From: Heterodontus francisci
Taxonomy: Eukaryota
DNA: 64,000 bases
Direction of reading: 5' to 3'
Assembly: GCF_036365525.1 (NCBI RefSeq)
Contig: NC_090374.1
Location: 101,085,682-101,149,681, forward strand
Part shown: piece by piece, positions 36,555-50,114 of the stretch
How positions within the stretch are numbered: position 1 is the stretch's first letter
Layout of the letters: each line of letters opens with the position of its first letter
Notes under the pieces: generated by a model
Seen by the model: only the letters and a program-made list of their open reading frames with translations
Told to the model about the DNA's origin: nothing
The model's database searches: none
Position numbers and translations under genes: made by a program

Positions 36555-39500
36555 GGTGTGACATCACAGGAAAGTCACAAGTTGATTGGCTGGTGAGCAT
36601 TTTGCTCATATCTTTCAAAACTCAGGTAATTTATCAATAATTGTAAGCTTTTATTACAATTAGTAAAGTTTAGTAATTAGCAAGTTGATTGGCCAGTAAG
36701 TGCTTAGTGCAAGGGACAGTGTGTTAATAGCCAGCTTCGGATACTGAAGTTAGGGACAATCTATAAATAAAAAGAACTAAAACTTGAAAATAAATACCTA
36801 TACGCATATCTGTGTAATTAAAATCGTATAACTCTTCGTTGTAGGTGGTACTACCATTTAATAAGCACAGTAAATTGTAGTATGTATAGGAATTATTCTA
36901 AATTAATTAAGAAAGTAATCAAATCAACTTTTAAGTAACAAAGGCAGAACAGATGTGTCACAGCTGCGGAACGTGGGATCGCCTGGATGCCAACGCGATC
37001 CAAGACAAACACGTCTGCAGAAAGTGTAAGCAGCTACAAGAATTGCAGATCAGGATTATTGATCTGGAAGCTGAACTGCAGACACTGTGCAACATCAGGG
37101 AGGGAGAAAGGTACCTGGACACTTTGTCTCAGAAAACAGTCACACCCCTTAGAATAGGATTGTCTGTTTTGGCCAGTGGTGAGGGACAGGAGGATGTGAC
37201 TGAGAGTGAAGCCGGTAAAGGGACCGAGCAGACAGTAGCGGAGCAGTGGCAGCCTTTACAATTATCAAACAGGTTTGTGGTGCTTGAAACCTGTGTGGAC
37301 AAAAGCAAGGTCGGCAGGCTGGATGAGCAGACTGACCATGGCACCATGGTACAGGAAGTAGTTCAAGTAGGGGGGGCAAAAAGGAAAGTAATGGTAGTAC
37401 AGTGAGGGGAAATGACACTGTTCTCTGTAGCAAAGAGCAAGAGGCCAGAAGGCTGTGTTGCCTGACTGATGCCAGGGTTCAGCACATCTGCTCAGGGCGG
37501 GATAGGAACTTACAGTGGGAGGCGGAGGACCCAGCCATCATGCTCCATGTAGGTACCAATGACATAGGCAGGACAAGAAAAGAGGTTCTGGATAGTCAGT
37601 ATGAGGAGCAAGGCACCAAATTAAGAAGCAAAACCTCAAAGGCAATAATCTCTGGATTATTACCTGAGCCACGTGCAAATTGGCATACAGCAAATAAGAT
37701 TAGAGAGATGAATGCATAGCAGAAGTGGGTTCCGGTTCATGGGGCACTGGCACCAGTACTGGGGAAAGTGACTAGGCAAAAAAGGTTTTAATATGGGAAA
37801 TGATAAACAGACCATGACAGGAAGGGACAGTGAATACAAATCCAAGAGTAAATCAGCCGATAAGGCTAGAGGTTACAAAAATAATAAAAAGACAAAACTA
37901 AAGGCTCTGTATCTGAATGCACGTAGCATTCGAAACAAAACAGATGAACTGACAGCGCAAATAGAAATAAATAAGTACCATCATCGCCATTACAGAGACA
38001 TGACTGCAGGATGACATAGATTGGGGCATGAATATTGAAGGGCATATGACATTTAGGAAGGACAGAAAGCTGAGAAAAGGTGAAGGGGTGGCTCTGTTAA
38101 TTAATGAAATATTACTGCAATAGAGAGAGATGACCTAAGTTCAGGAAACCAAGATGTAGAAGCAGTTTGGGTCAAGATGAGAAACTATAAAGGCAAGAAG
38201 TCACTTGTGGGAATGGTGTACTGGTCCCCTAACAGTAACCACACAGTAGGACGGGGTATAAAAGGAAGAAATAATGGGAGCTCGTTAGCAAGGTACGGCG
38301 ATAATCATGGGAGATTTTAATCTACATATAGACTAGAAAAATTAGATAGGCAAAGGTAGCCTAGATGAGGAGTTCACAGAACGTTTTCGGGATAGTTTCT
38401 TACAACACCACGTTCTGCAGCCAACCACAGGGCAGACTATACTAGACCTGGTATTGTGCAACGAGATAGGATTAATTCATGACCTCAGTGAAGGTGCCCC
38501 TAAGCAGCAGTGATCATAAGGTGACTGAATTTTACATTCAATGTGAGGAAAAGAGTGGGTCTAAGACTAGTATTTTAAATTTAAATAAGGACAATTATGA
38601 GGGCATGAAAACAGAGCTAGCTCAAATGAACTGGCAAATTAGGTTAAGGGATAATAGAGATGCAGAAGACGACATTTAAGGGGATATTCCAGATACATAG
38701 ATACATTACGACGAGAGAAAACAAATTCCAAGGGGAGGGACCCACCATCCATGGTTAACTAAAAAAGTTAAAGATAGTATCAAAATTAAAGAAAAAGCAT
38801 ATAATTGCACAAAGATGGGTGACAGGTTAGAAGATTGGACAGAATATAAAGAACAGTAAAGAATGACTAAAAGATTAATAAGGAAGGAAAAACTAGAGTA
38901 CGAGAGAAAGCTAGCTAGAAATATAAAGACAGATAGTAAGAGTTTCTACAGATATTTAAAAAAGAAAAGAGTTAACAAAGTGAACGTTGGTCCAAGAGAA
39001 AAAGTGAGTCTGGGAAATTAATAATGGAAAATAAGGAGATGCCAGATGAATCGAACAGGTATTTTGCATCGGTCTTCACCCTGGAGGATACAAGTAACAT
39101 CCCAGTAGTAGCTGTAAGTAATGAAATGGAAGGGAGGGTGGAACACAAGAAAATTACAATCACCGGAGAAGTGGTACTGAGCAAATTGTTGGAGCTGCGG
39201 GTTGACGTCCCTGGGTCCTGATGGACTTGATCCTAGGGTGTTACAAGAAGTGGCTAGTGAGATAGTTTACACGCTGGTTTTAATTTTCCAAAATTCCCTA
39301 GATTCAGGGAAGTTTCCATTAGATTGGAAAATAGCGAATGTAACTCCTTTATTCGAAAAGGGAGGGAGACAGAAAGCAGGAATCTACAGGCCAGTTAGCT
39401 CAACATCTGTTATAGGGAAAATGAAGCTATTATTAAAGACATTATAGCAGGGTACTTAGAAATATTCAAGGTAATCAGGGAGAGTCAACATGATTTTGTG

Positions 39501-40737
39501 AAAGGGAAATTGTGTTTAACCAATTTATTGGAGTTCTTTGAGGGAGTTACATGGGCTGTGGATAAAGGGGAACTGGTGGATGTATTATACTTAGATTTCC
39601 AGAAGACATATGATAAGGTGCCACAGCAAAGGTTATTGCAAAAAATTAAAGCTCATGGTGTAGGGAGTAATATTTTGGCATGGATAGAAGATTGGCTAGC
39701 TAACAGAAAACAAAGGGTCATTTTGTGGTTGACAAGATGCAACGAGTGGTGTGCCACAGGGATCAATGCTTGGGCCTCCACTTTTTACAATTTATATAAA
39801 TGACTTGGATGAAGGGACCGAAGGTACAGTTGCTGAATTTGCTGATGACACAGATAGGCAGGAAAATAAATTGCGAAGAGGACATTAGGAGTCTACAAAG
39901 GGATATAGATAGGTTAAGTGAGTGGGCAAAGATCTGGTAAATGGAGTATAAAGTTGGCAAATGTGAAATTGTCCATTTTGGCATGAAGAATAAAAAAGAA
40001 GCATATTATCTAAATGGTGAGAGATTGGAGAGCTTAGATGTACAGGGATCTGGATTTCCTAGTGCTTGAATTGCAAATGGTTACGTAATTAGGAAAGCTA
40101 ATAGAAAGTTACTGTTTATTGCGAAGGGAATTGAATACACAAGTAGGGAGCTAATACTTCAGTTATACAGGGCATTGGTGAGACCACATGTGGAGTACTG
40201 TGTACAGTTTTGGTTTCCATATTTAAGGAAGGATGTATATGTGTTGGAAGCAGTTCAGAGAAGGTTTACTAGAATACCTAGAATGGGCAGGTTGTCGAGG
40301 AAAGATTGGGCAGGCTAGGCTTGTATCCACTGGAGTTTAGAGGAGTAAGAGGCGACTTGATTGAAACATACAAGATTCTGAGGGGTCTAGACAGGGTGGA
40401 TGTGGAAAGGATATTTCCCTCTTGTGGGAGATTCTAGAACTAGTACTGTTTAAAAAATTAGGTGCTCGCCCATTTACGACAAGAGGAGAATTTTTTTCTC
40501 TCAGATGGTCGTGAGTCTTTGGAACTCTCCTGCTCAAAAGGCAGTGAATTCAGAGTTCGAATATCTTGAAGGCAGAGGTCGATAGGTTCTTGATAAGCAA
40601 GGGGGTGAAAGGTTAATTGGGAATAGGCGGGAATGTGGAGTTGAGGTTACAATCAGATCAGCCATGATCTTGTTAAATGGCAGAGCAGGCCCAAGTGGCC
40701 TACTCCTGCTCCTAATTCTTATGTTCGTATGTTCCTA
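36555..40737 (+). mobile_element. Near full-length, decayed CR1 LINE (ORF1 zinc finger/coiled coil + esterase; ORF2)
   Basis: ORF1 CHSC...CRKC plus coiled coil, HVGTNDIG, ISGLLP. ORF2 YLNARSI, GPDGL, CLTNLLEFFE, FADD. Tail ttcttatgttcgtatgttcctat. Confidence 0.92.
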
Positions 40738-41919
40738 TACACACACACTATGCTGTCAAGCAGTTTAATCACCGACTGCTTAAGAGTTTAACCAACTAGA
40801 GTAGAGTTTTAAAAAAACTAGATTAGCAATGTAACTGAACTTTAACAACCATCATAATTATAAAAGCAAAATGCTGCTGATGCTGCAAATAAAATAAAAA
40901 CAAAGTGCTGGAAATAGTCAGCACGTCTGACAGCATCTGTGGAGAGAGAAACAGAGTTAACATTTCAGGTCTGTGACCTGAAACTATCAGCTTACTGTGC
41001 AAGCAATGAAGGAGATAAATGAGATCTTCAGGTCTGTAGCCAGGGACATAAAACAGTTTGGGATGTTAATACTAAGCTTTTATGGAGCTTTGCTCCACCT
41101 GGAAAACTATGCACATTCTGGTCACCATAATTCAGCGAGGACATTTTGACACTGGAAAGAAAGCATAAAAAGAACAATTAAACGAACAGGCATCAAAGCC
41201 AAAAGGAGTGGCAAAGGAAACTAGGAATGCTTACACTGGAGAAAAAGGTGGATGAGGGGGAAACCTCAAAGTGTTCAGGATTCTACAGGGAAGACATAAG
41301 CCGTTCAGAAATTCTTTGAGATGACTGTAAGCATCATCCCAAATATTTATATGGTCAACATGAAGAACCACTCCCAAAAGTGAGTCTCACTCAAATTCAA
41401 GAAGGAATTAAATTTTTTGGTGAAAGGAAGTGAAGTAGAGTACTTTGGGATCAAACAAAAGGCCCTTTTCAACATTATACATTTCAGCCATTTGTAATTG
41501 TATGCATTTAACAAACTAAGCATACAAAAAAAAGACTACAAATTCTCGAAGATACAGCAGATCAGCCAGTAGCTGTGGAGAATAAAGGGACAATATTTAA
41601 GGACACACCTCGCCCAAAACTTCATCTGTTTTCTCCACGTAGGCTGACTGATCCGCTGTCAATTCCCAAAATATTAACCATGAAGAAGGGCATTTGGCTT
41701 ATCCTGGTCCATCTATCCAGAATGGTCCTAAAGTCCCCCCACTGCAATATTCAACTGGTTCTCCCAGTTCCTAAAGTGTCATTCTTATTCAATCCATGAG
41801 TCCTTACCATAAATTGATCATTCTTTTCGTTAAGAACTTGATTCGTCCTAAATTTGTGCTTTACCAATTTGAACCGATGTGCCCTTGTCCTCGCCTTGCA
41901 ATTTAAATAACATATTTCT

Positions 41920-44110
41920 ATAGCATCTTTAACAATAATCAAATGACCCAGAGTGCTTCACAGGAGTGTTAGAAACAAAAATTTGTCATCATGCCACATG
42001 AGGTGATATTAAGGCAGATGGCCAAAAGCTTGGTCAAAGAGGTAGGTTTTAAGGAGGGTCTTAAAAAGGAGGAAAACGAGAGGGGTTTAGGGAGGAAATT
42101 CCAGACCTTGAGGCCAAGACAACTGAAGGCATGGTCACCAATTATGCAGCAATTAAAGTTGGGGATACTCAAGAGGCCAGAATTAGATTAGAGATACAGC
42201 ACTGAAACAGGCCCTTCGGCCCACCGAGACTGTGCCGAACGTCAACCACCCATTTATACTTATACTAGATGAATGCAAATATCTGAGGGTTGTGGGGCTG
42301 GAGAAGATTACAGAGATAGGGAGGGGCGAGACAGTGGAGGGATTTGAAATCAAGGTTGAGAATTTATAAATCAAGGTGCTGCTTGACCAGGATCCAATGT
42401 AGGCACAGTTCCAGTCGCCACACTATTGGAAGGATGTGATTGCACTGGATAGGGTGCAGAGGAGATTCACCAGGATGTGGCCTGGGCTGGAGCATTTCAG
42501 CTATGAAGAGAGACTGGATAGGCTAGAGTTGTTTTCCTTGGAGCAGAGAAGGCGGAGGGGGTACCTGATTGAGGTATACAAAATTATGAGGGGCATAGAT
42601 AGGAACAAACTTTTTCCCTTAGCTGGGGGGGGGGGGGGGGGGGTCAATAACCAGGGGGCATTGATTTAAAGGTAAGGAGCAGGAGGTTTAGAGGAGATTT
42701 GAGGAAAATGTTTTTCACCCAGAGGGTGGTTGGAATCTGGAACATACTGCCTGAAGGGGTGGTAGAGACAGGAACCCTCACAACATTTAAGAAGCATTTA
42801 GATGAGCACTTGAAATGCCGTAGCATACATAGCTACAGGCCAAGTGCTGGAAAATGGTATTAGAATAGATAGGTGCTTGATGGCCGGCACGGACATGATG
42901 GGCCAAAGGGCCTGTTTCTGTATTGTATAACTTTATGACTAGGCCAGCAAGCACAGCGGTGATCGGCGAACACATCAGGTGCGAGTAAAGATGCGGGCAG
43001 AAGACTTTTGGATGACTCAAGTTTCGGAGGGGAAATTGTAAGCCCGCCAGTAAAGAATTGGAATAGTCAAGTCCAGAGATAATAAATGCATGAATGACGG
43101 CTTCAGCAGCAGATGAGATGGGCAGGGTCAGAGTCAGTCAATGTTATGGAGGTGCAAAAAGACAGCACGGATATATGGATGGAAGCTCAACTTAAGTCCA
43201 ATATGACACCAAGGTTGCAACAGTTGCCAGTGAGAGGGATAGAGTCAGTAGCTGGGGCATGGAGTTTGGAGCAAGGACCAAAGACAATGGCTCCAGTCTT
43301 CACAATTTTTAATTGATGGAAAATTCTTCTCATCCAGTAGCAGATAAGCAGTCTGATGATTTATCAACAGTGCAGGAGTTGAGAGAGGTGGTGGTGAGGT
43401 ACAGTTGGGTGTCGTCGGTGTACATTTGATGTTGCCGAGGTAGATGAGAAAAAGGAGGGAGCCAACGATAGATCCTTGGGGAACACCAGAGATAACTGCG
43501 CGGGAGAAGAGAAGCCATTGCAAGTGATACTCTGGCGACGATTAGACAGATAAAATGGAACCAAGTGCATGCAGTCCACACACTGCAGAAGCATTGGAGA
43601 AGGATGACGTGATCAACCAAGTCAAAGGCTGTAGACAGGTCAAGGAGGAGGAGGGAATAGTTAACTATTGTCAGTCACATTGGACGTCATTCATGACTTT
43701 GCTAAGAATCGTTTCTATACCATGACGGGCAGAAACCTGAAAGGAGGAATTTAAACAGAGAATTCTGGAAAAAATGGGTATGGATTTAGGAAGCGGAAAC
43801 ACTGCAAAAGGACTCTGGGGAAGAAAAGGAGGTTGGAGGTAGGGCGGTAATTTGCAAGGATGGGTGGGGTCAAGGGCTTTTTGGAGGAGAATGGTGATGA
43901 TGGCAGATTTAAACAAGAGAGGGACAGCACCCGAAGAGAAAGAACCATTAACAATATCAGCTGAAGTGGGGACCAGAAGGGGATGCTGGGTCATCAGCAG
44001 TTTAGTGGTAATAAGGTTGAGGGAGCAGGAGGTGGATCTCATGGACAAGATGAGCTTGGAGAGAAAAGAAACTAGCGAAAGATGTGACTTCAGGGTGAGG
44101 GCAGGGGAAG
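41920..44110 (-). mobile_element. L2 LINE with a nested HE1-like SINE tail (about 42185-42265) and a sense CR1 3' fragment (about 42406-42938)
   Basis: ANYRPTSNL, SGVPQGSIVG, MYTDDTQLY. The CR1 insert carries LDRVQRRFTRM. Confidence 0.85.
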
Positions 44111-45389
44111 CTTTAACATGGAGAAATGTTCTGCATTCACCTTGTCTATAACATTTAATATCTTATATACCTTGAAGATCAGATACCTCCTTTTAAGCCT
44201 GGAGAAGTATCTTCTTTCTTTCATCAAAACTCACCTCTAACACGGAGGGATTAGCTGTGCTCTACACTGCCTCCAACACTCAAATGTGTCCCTTCGTCTC
44301 AATCGCCACTTGCCTGGAAACTTGTAACTAGAACTGGACACAGTATTCAAGATGCGACCTGACCACTGCAATGTACAGTTCTGTTCAACTTTCTCTAACT
44401 TGCACTTTACTGATTTGACTACTTAGCTAAATGTTTGATTAACACGGTTAATTAGTCGTGTTGAGTCTAACGAGACTGGGGTCTCTTTTAACCCCAGCTT
44501 GTTCAATGCCATTTCTACAGCATGTATGCCGCTTATTTTTCTTTCCCATGTGCAATACTTCACTCATGCATTAATTTTTAACCAACAATTTTGTCTACTT
44601 GCCTATTTTTGTCCAGCTAATTGCCCAATACCTGATCTGCCTCCTTCAATTCCACTGCCCTTCCTGGTTCGGTATCATCTTCAAATTTGACCAATTTACA
44701 CCGAGTTTAAGTTGAAGTCACTAACATAAATTAGAAATGGACATCCCACCACCAATCCCTGCGCACCCCAGTCTTTCCACCACCTTGATGCAAATATATT
44801 TTTCCACCTCAGAATCAAAGTCATTTACGGCATAAAAGGAAGCCATTTGCCCCATTGAGTCCATGCTGGCTCGCCGCAGAGCAACCCAGTCAGTCCCACT
44901 CCCCCACTCGATCCCCATAGCCCTGCAAGTCTATTTCCTTCAAGTGCCCATCCAATTTGAAATCATCGATTGTCGCCACTTCCACCACCCTTGCAGGCAG
45001 CAAGTTCCAGGTCATTACCAACCGCTACGTAAAAAAGTTCTTCCTCACATAACTCCTGCATCTCTTGCCTGAAACCTTCAACATGTGACCCCTCGTCCTT
45101 GTATCGTCAGTTAATGGGAACAGTTTTTCCTGATCTAACTTAGCTTGTTATAATCTTGTATCAAATCTCTCCTCAATCTCCTTTGCTCCAAGGAAATCAA
45201 CCCCAGTTTTTTCAACCTAACCTTGTAACTAAAATCCCCCATCCCCGGAATCATTCTGGTAAATCTCTACTGTATCCTCTAAAGGACCCTCACATTCTTC
45301 CTAAAGCATGGTGACCAAACTGGACGTAATACTCCAATTGAGGCCTAATCAGAGCTATATTAAGTTTCAGCACAACTTCCCTACTTTTG

Positions 45390-46343
45390 GTAACGTTTCG
45401 GGTCAGTGACCCTTCGTCGGAACTGACAAATATTAGAAAAGTCACAGGTTATAAGCAAGTGAGGTGGGGGTGGGGCAAGCGATAACAAAGGAGGTCTAGA
45501 TTGGACCAGGCCACATAGCTGACCAAAAGGTCACGGAGCAAAGGCAAACAATATGTTAATGGTGTGTTGAAAGACAAAGCATTAGTACAGATTAGGTGTA
45601 AATACACTGATTATTGAACAGCAAGTGCAAACCTGAAAAAAAAGTGGGTAAGCAAACTGAACAAACAAAGATGAAATGAAATAAATGCAAAAAAAATAAA
45701 AAAAGAATGTAAAAAAAAAATAAAAAATAACTAAAAATGAAAGTAAAATGGGGGGCTGTCATGCTCTGAAATTATTGAACTCAATGTTCAGTCCGGCAGG
45801 CTGTAGTGTGCCTAATCGGTAATTGAGATGCTGTTCCTCGAGCTTGCGTTGATGTTCACTGGAACACTGCAGCAATCCCAGGACAGAGATGCGAGCATGA
45901 CAGCAAGGGGGAGCGTTGAAATGGCAAGCAACCGGAAGCATTTATTTCATTTCATCTTTGTTTGTTCAGTTTACTTACCCACTGTTTTTTTTTTCAGGTT
46001 TACACTTGCTGCTGTTCAATATTCAGTGCATTAACACCTAATCTGTACTAATGCTTTGTCTTTCAACACACCATTAACATATTGTTTGCCTTTGCTCCGT
46101 GACCTTTTGGTCAGCTATGTGGCCTGGTCCAATCGAGACCTCCTTTGTTATCTCTTGCCCCACCCCCACCTCACTTGCTTATAACCTGTGACTTTTCTAA
46201 TATTTGTCAGTTCCGAAGAAGGGTCACTGACCCGAAACGTTAACTCTGCTTCTCTTTCCACAGATGCTGCCAGACCTGCTGAGTGATTCCAGCATTTCTT
46301 GTTTTTATTTCAGATTTCCAGCATCCGCAGTATTTTGCTTTTA
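45390..46343. mobile_element. Young Penelope-like insertion with inverted terminal repeats
   Basis: 13-bp TSD ttccctacttttg at 45377-45389 and 46344-46356. Arms about 45391-45685 and 45940-46242 are near-perfect reverse complements, with a GIY-YIG C-terminal remnant between them. Confidence 0.9.
46209..46245 (+). ncRNA. Minimal type-I hammerhead-ribozyme-like motif in the Penelope terminal repeat
   Basis: agtt-CCGAAGA-a-gggtc(act)gaccc-GAAAC-GTT-aact: stem I, core, stem II, GAAA and a palindromic stem III. Other copies carry CTGATGA/CTGACGA. Confidence 0.6.
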
Positions 46344-46781
46344 TTCCCTACTTTTGTACCCTCTGCCCCTATTTATGAATCCTGAGATCCCATATGTTCC
46401 GCGAATCACTCTCTCAATATGTTCTGCTGTCTTCGAAGATCGATGCACATACCCCCGCCCAGGTCCTTCTGTTCCTGCACTCTTCAGAACTGTGCCATTA
46501 AGTCTATATTGCCTCACCCATCCCTTCTGCCATAATGCCTTACCTCACACTTGTCTGTATTAAATTCCATTTCCCACTTGTCTGCCCATTCTGCTAACCT
46601 ATTTATGGCCTACTGCAGGATACATTCCATCCCTCCAGCAAAAAAAAGTAGCAGCACTAAACCTCAGGGAAAACCACTGTCTACCATCCTCCAGTCAGAA
46701 AAGCAACCATTTACTACGACTCGCTGTTTTGTCCTTAAGCCAATTTTTTTTATCCAATTGGACACTGACCCTCCTATTCCC

Positions 46782-48165
46782 CTTTATCACATGGCATTGT
46801 AGGGTAGGCAAGTCACGGAGCAGAACCAGTGGCTCCCCCCTCCCGCTTCCTTCCCGACTTGTGCAATTGCCTTCCCAGGGGCTCACAGTGCAGTCAGCTA
46901 AGCAGCTGACGCAGGTAGGTTCAGTGGGTTAAGAGTTCAGAAGTCAGCAGGGTCGCACTTAGCATATGTGGGACATCTCGTCCAGGGAGGGGGTTTTCAT
47001 GCAGGCGATGCAAAACTGGTGCATCCGGAGGGAAGCCTCGTGCTGCAGCTGGGTACGACGAGGTTAGATGATGTAGCGGAGGTCATAGTTCAGGAGACAG
47101 CTGATGGAGCTCATGTAGAGGTCAGAGAAGCAGCAGAGGCAGCGAGAAAAGTACATGGGGTTGTGCTAGGTGTGGAAAATGCTCCCGAAATGAACAGGTT
47201 CTTAGCGAAGAACCTCAGATCCAGCACCCAGGCCCAGACCTTACGCGCCTCTTCATCTCGGTATGTCTGCATCCAGGTGAGTGCCTGCGTGTACTGCTCC
47301 AGTGTTCAAAATCTGTGTCTTTGTCTCCAGCTCTGGGACAATGGCCCCTGTCATCCATCCATCCATGTCTCAAATATCAGACCCGCAAGTCCACTGTAGA
47401 GATGATCACCAAAGTGAAGCACTTTGGACCCTCGCCAGCCCATCAGCTGCAGGAAGTCGACCAGGTTACCCTGATTGTAGACTTTGCCCTTCTGTAGTTC
47501 AGTGATTGTGTGCCACTGGAGATCGTAGTTCGTGTCCAGGCATCGGAATGGTTTGATGCAGTTGTTGAAAAAGTGAGGCTTGTCGGCCTGTACGATGACC
47601 GCATCAAACAGGTCCCTCCAGTCCTTTCCCACCATGTGGGACATGCCCTTGTCAACGAAGCTGAATGGACTGTTGGTGATGAGAAAGTGTTTCTTCCCAT
47701 GATGAACCAAGCGTTTAGGAACAACGAAGGTCTCCTCCCCATGGCGAATGTACTTCGAGATCTTCCATGATCCACTTGTACATGAAACCCTTGATGTGGA
47801 CTTGTGCGATGGCATTTGTGATGTCCTTGTACAGGTGCAAAGGGTCAAACTCGATGTCACGCACAAGGAACTAGTCATTGATGACGGCCAGTAACATGAC
47901 CTCTGAGATGGAGAAGACATCCATGTATTGCTTCACCGAAGGGCTTGTGCCATAGGAACCGCTGACTTGGTGGAGTGGCACGTGATGAGCACCCTGGTAC
48001 ATTGCCAACACATTTCTGGCACAGGAGATAGTCCCCTGTACACTGGACCCATCTGTATGTAATGGAACGCGTCCATTTTCATTGACAATCCCTTACTAAT
48101 ACCATAATGGAGGTCGGGAATCAAGCAGTCCTGTCGGTATTCATAAACCTTCAGTGCTCAGGATA
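46782..48165 (-). pseudogene. NT5DC2: Processed, 5'-truncated NT5DC2 pseudogene (CDS remnant about 48165 to stop 46959-46961, then probable 3'UTR)
   Basis: Intronless. Motifs [54 protein letters not shown] and a C-terminus ACMKTPSLDEMSHIC* that matches NT5DC2 rather than NT5DC3. Has frameshifts, an in-frame TAG near 47871 and an internal deletion (ALTW/MQTY). Confidence 0.9.
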
Positions 48166-50114
48166 ATTGCCCAGTTGTGTCCTGTGCACAAACATGACAA
48201 ATCCAACCTGGCTAATTACCGCCCTATCAGTCTACTCCCGATCATCAGCAGAGTGATGGAAGGGGTCGCCAACAGTGCTATCAAGCGGCACTTTCTCAGC
48301 AATAACCTGCTCACTGATGCTCAGTTTGGGTTCCGCCAGGGCCACTCAACTTCTAACCTCATTACAGCCTTGGTCCAAACATGGACAAAAGCACTGAACT
48401 CCAGAGGTGAGGTGAGATTGACTGCCCTTGACATCAAAGAACAAAGAACAGTACAGCACAGGAACAGGCCATTCGGCCCTCCATGCCTGCACCGATCTCG
48501 ATGCCTGCCGAAACTAACACCTTCTACACTCCCGGGGCCCATATCCCTCTACTCCCTTCCTATTCATGTATTTGTCAAGATGTATCTTAAACGTCGCTAT
48601 CGTATCTGCTTCCACCACCTCCCCTGGCAGCAAGTTCCAGGCACTCACCACCCTCTGTGTAAAAAACTTGCCTCGCACATTCCCTTTAAACTTTGCCCCT
48701 CGCACCTTAAACCTATGTCCCCTAGTAACTGACTCTTCCACGCTGGGAAAAAGCTTCTGACTATCCACTCTGTCCATGCCGCTCATAACTTTGTAAACCT
48801 CGATCATGTCACCCCTCCACCTCCGTCGTTCCAGTGAAAACAATCCGAGTTTTTCCAACCTCTCCTCATAGCTAATGCCCTCCAAACCAGGCAACATCCT
48901 GGTAAACCTCCTCTGTACCCTCTCCAAAGCCTCCACGTCTTTCTGGTAGTGTGGCGACCAGAATTGCACGCAATATCAAGGCATCATTTGACAGAGTATG
49001 GCATCTGGAGTCAATGGGAATCGGGGGGAAAACTCTTTGCTGGTTGGAGTCATAGCTAACACAAAGGAAGATGGTTGTGGTTGTTGGAGGTCAATCATCT
49101 CAGTCCCAGGACATCAGCGCAGCAGTTCCTCAGGGTAATGTCCTAGGCTCAACCATCTTCAGCTGCTTCAATGACCTTCCTTCAATCATAAGGTCAGAAG
49201 TGGGGATATTTGCTGATGACTGTACAGTGTTCAGCACCATTTGTGACTCCTCAGATACTGAAGCAGCCCACGTCAATGTGCAGCAAGACCTGGACAACAT
49301 TGAGGCTTGGGCTGAGAAGTGGCAAGTAATATTCATGCCACACAACTGCCAGGTAATGACCATCTCCAACAAGAGAGAATCTAACCATCTCCCCTTGACA
49401 TTCAATGGCATTACCATCACTGAATCCCCCACTATCAACATCCTGGGGGCTACCATTGACCAGAAAATGAACTGGACCAGCCACATAAATACCGTGGCTA
49501 CAAGAGCAGGTCAGAGGCTGGGAATTCTGAAGCAAGTAACTCACCTCCTGACTCCCCAAAGCCTGTCCACTATCTACAAGGCACAAGTCAGGAGTGTGAT
49601 GGAATACTCTCCATTTGCCTGGATGAGTGCAGCTCCAACAACACTCAAGAAGCTCGACACCATCCAGGACAAAGCAGCCCGCTTGATTGGCACCCAATCC
49701 ACCACCTTCAACTTTCACTCCCTCCACCATCGATACACAGTGGCAGCAGTGTGTACCATTTACAAGATGCAGTGCAGCAACTCACCAAGGTTCCTTCGGC
49801 GGCATCTTCCAAACCCGCAACCTCAATCACAGTGAAGGACAAGGGCAGCAAATGAATGGGAACACCACCACCTGCAAATTCCCCTCCAAGCCACACACCA
49901 TCCTGACTTTGAGCTATATTGCTGTTCCTTCACTGTCGCTGGGTAAAGATCCTGGAGCTGCCTTACTAACAGGACTGTTGGTGTACCTCCATCCCAAGGA
50001 CTGCAGCACTTCAAGGCAGCAGCTCACCACCACCTTCGCAAGAGCAATTAGGGATGGGCAATAAATGCAGGCCTAGCCAGCGAAGCCCACATCCAATAAA
50101 CGAGTAATAAAAAA
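48166..50114 (+). mobile_element. 5'-truncated copy of the single-ORF LINE family, containing an antisense CR1 3' fragment (about 48437-48973)
   Basis: IAQLCPVHK, NYRPISLL, QGNVLG, IFADD and an A-rich tail. The CR1 insert has an (aaagaac)n tail and splits the LDIK/AXFD motif. Confidence 0.9.

Noticed and set aside
46959-48165. Functional nested NT5DC2 gene
   Set aside because: 5'-truncated, frameshifted, with an in-frame stop and an internal deletion.
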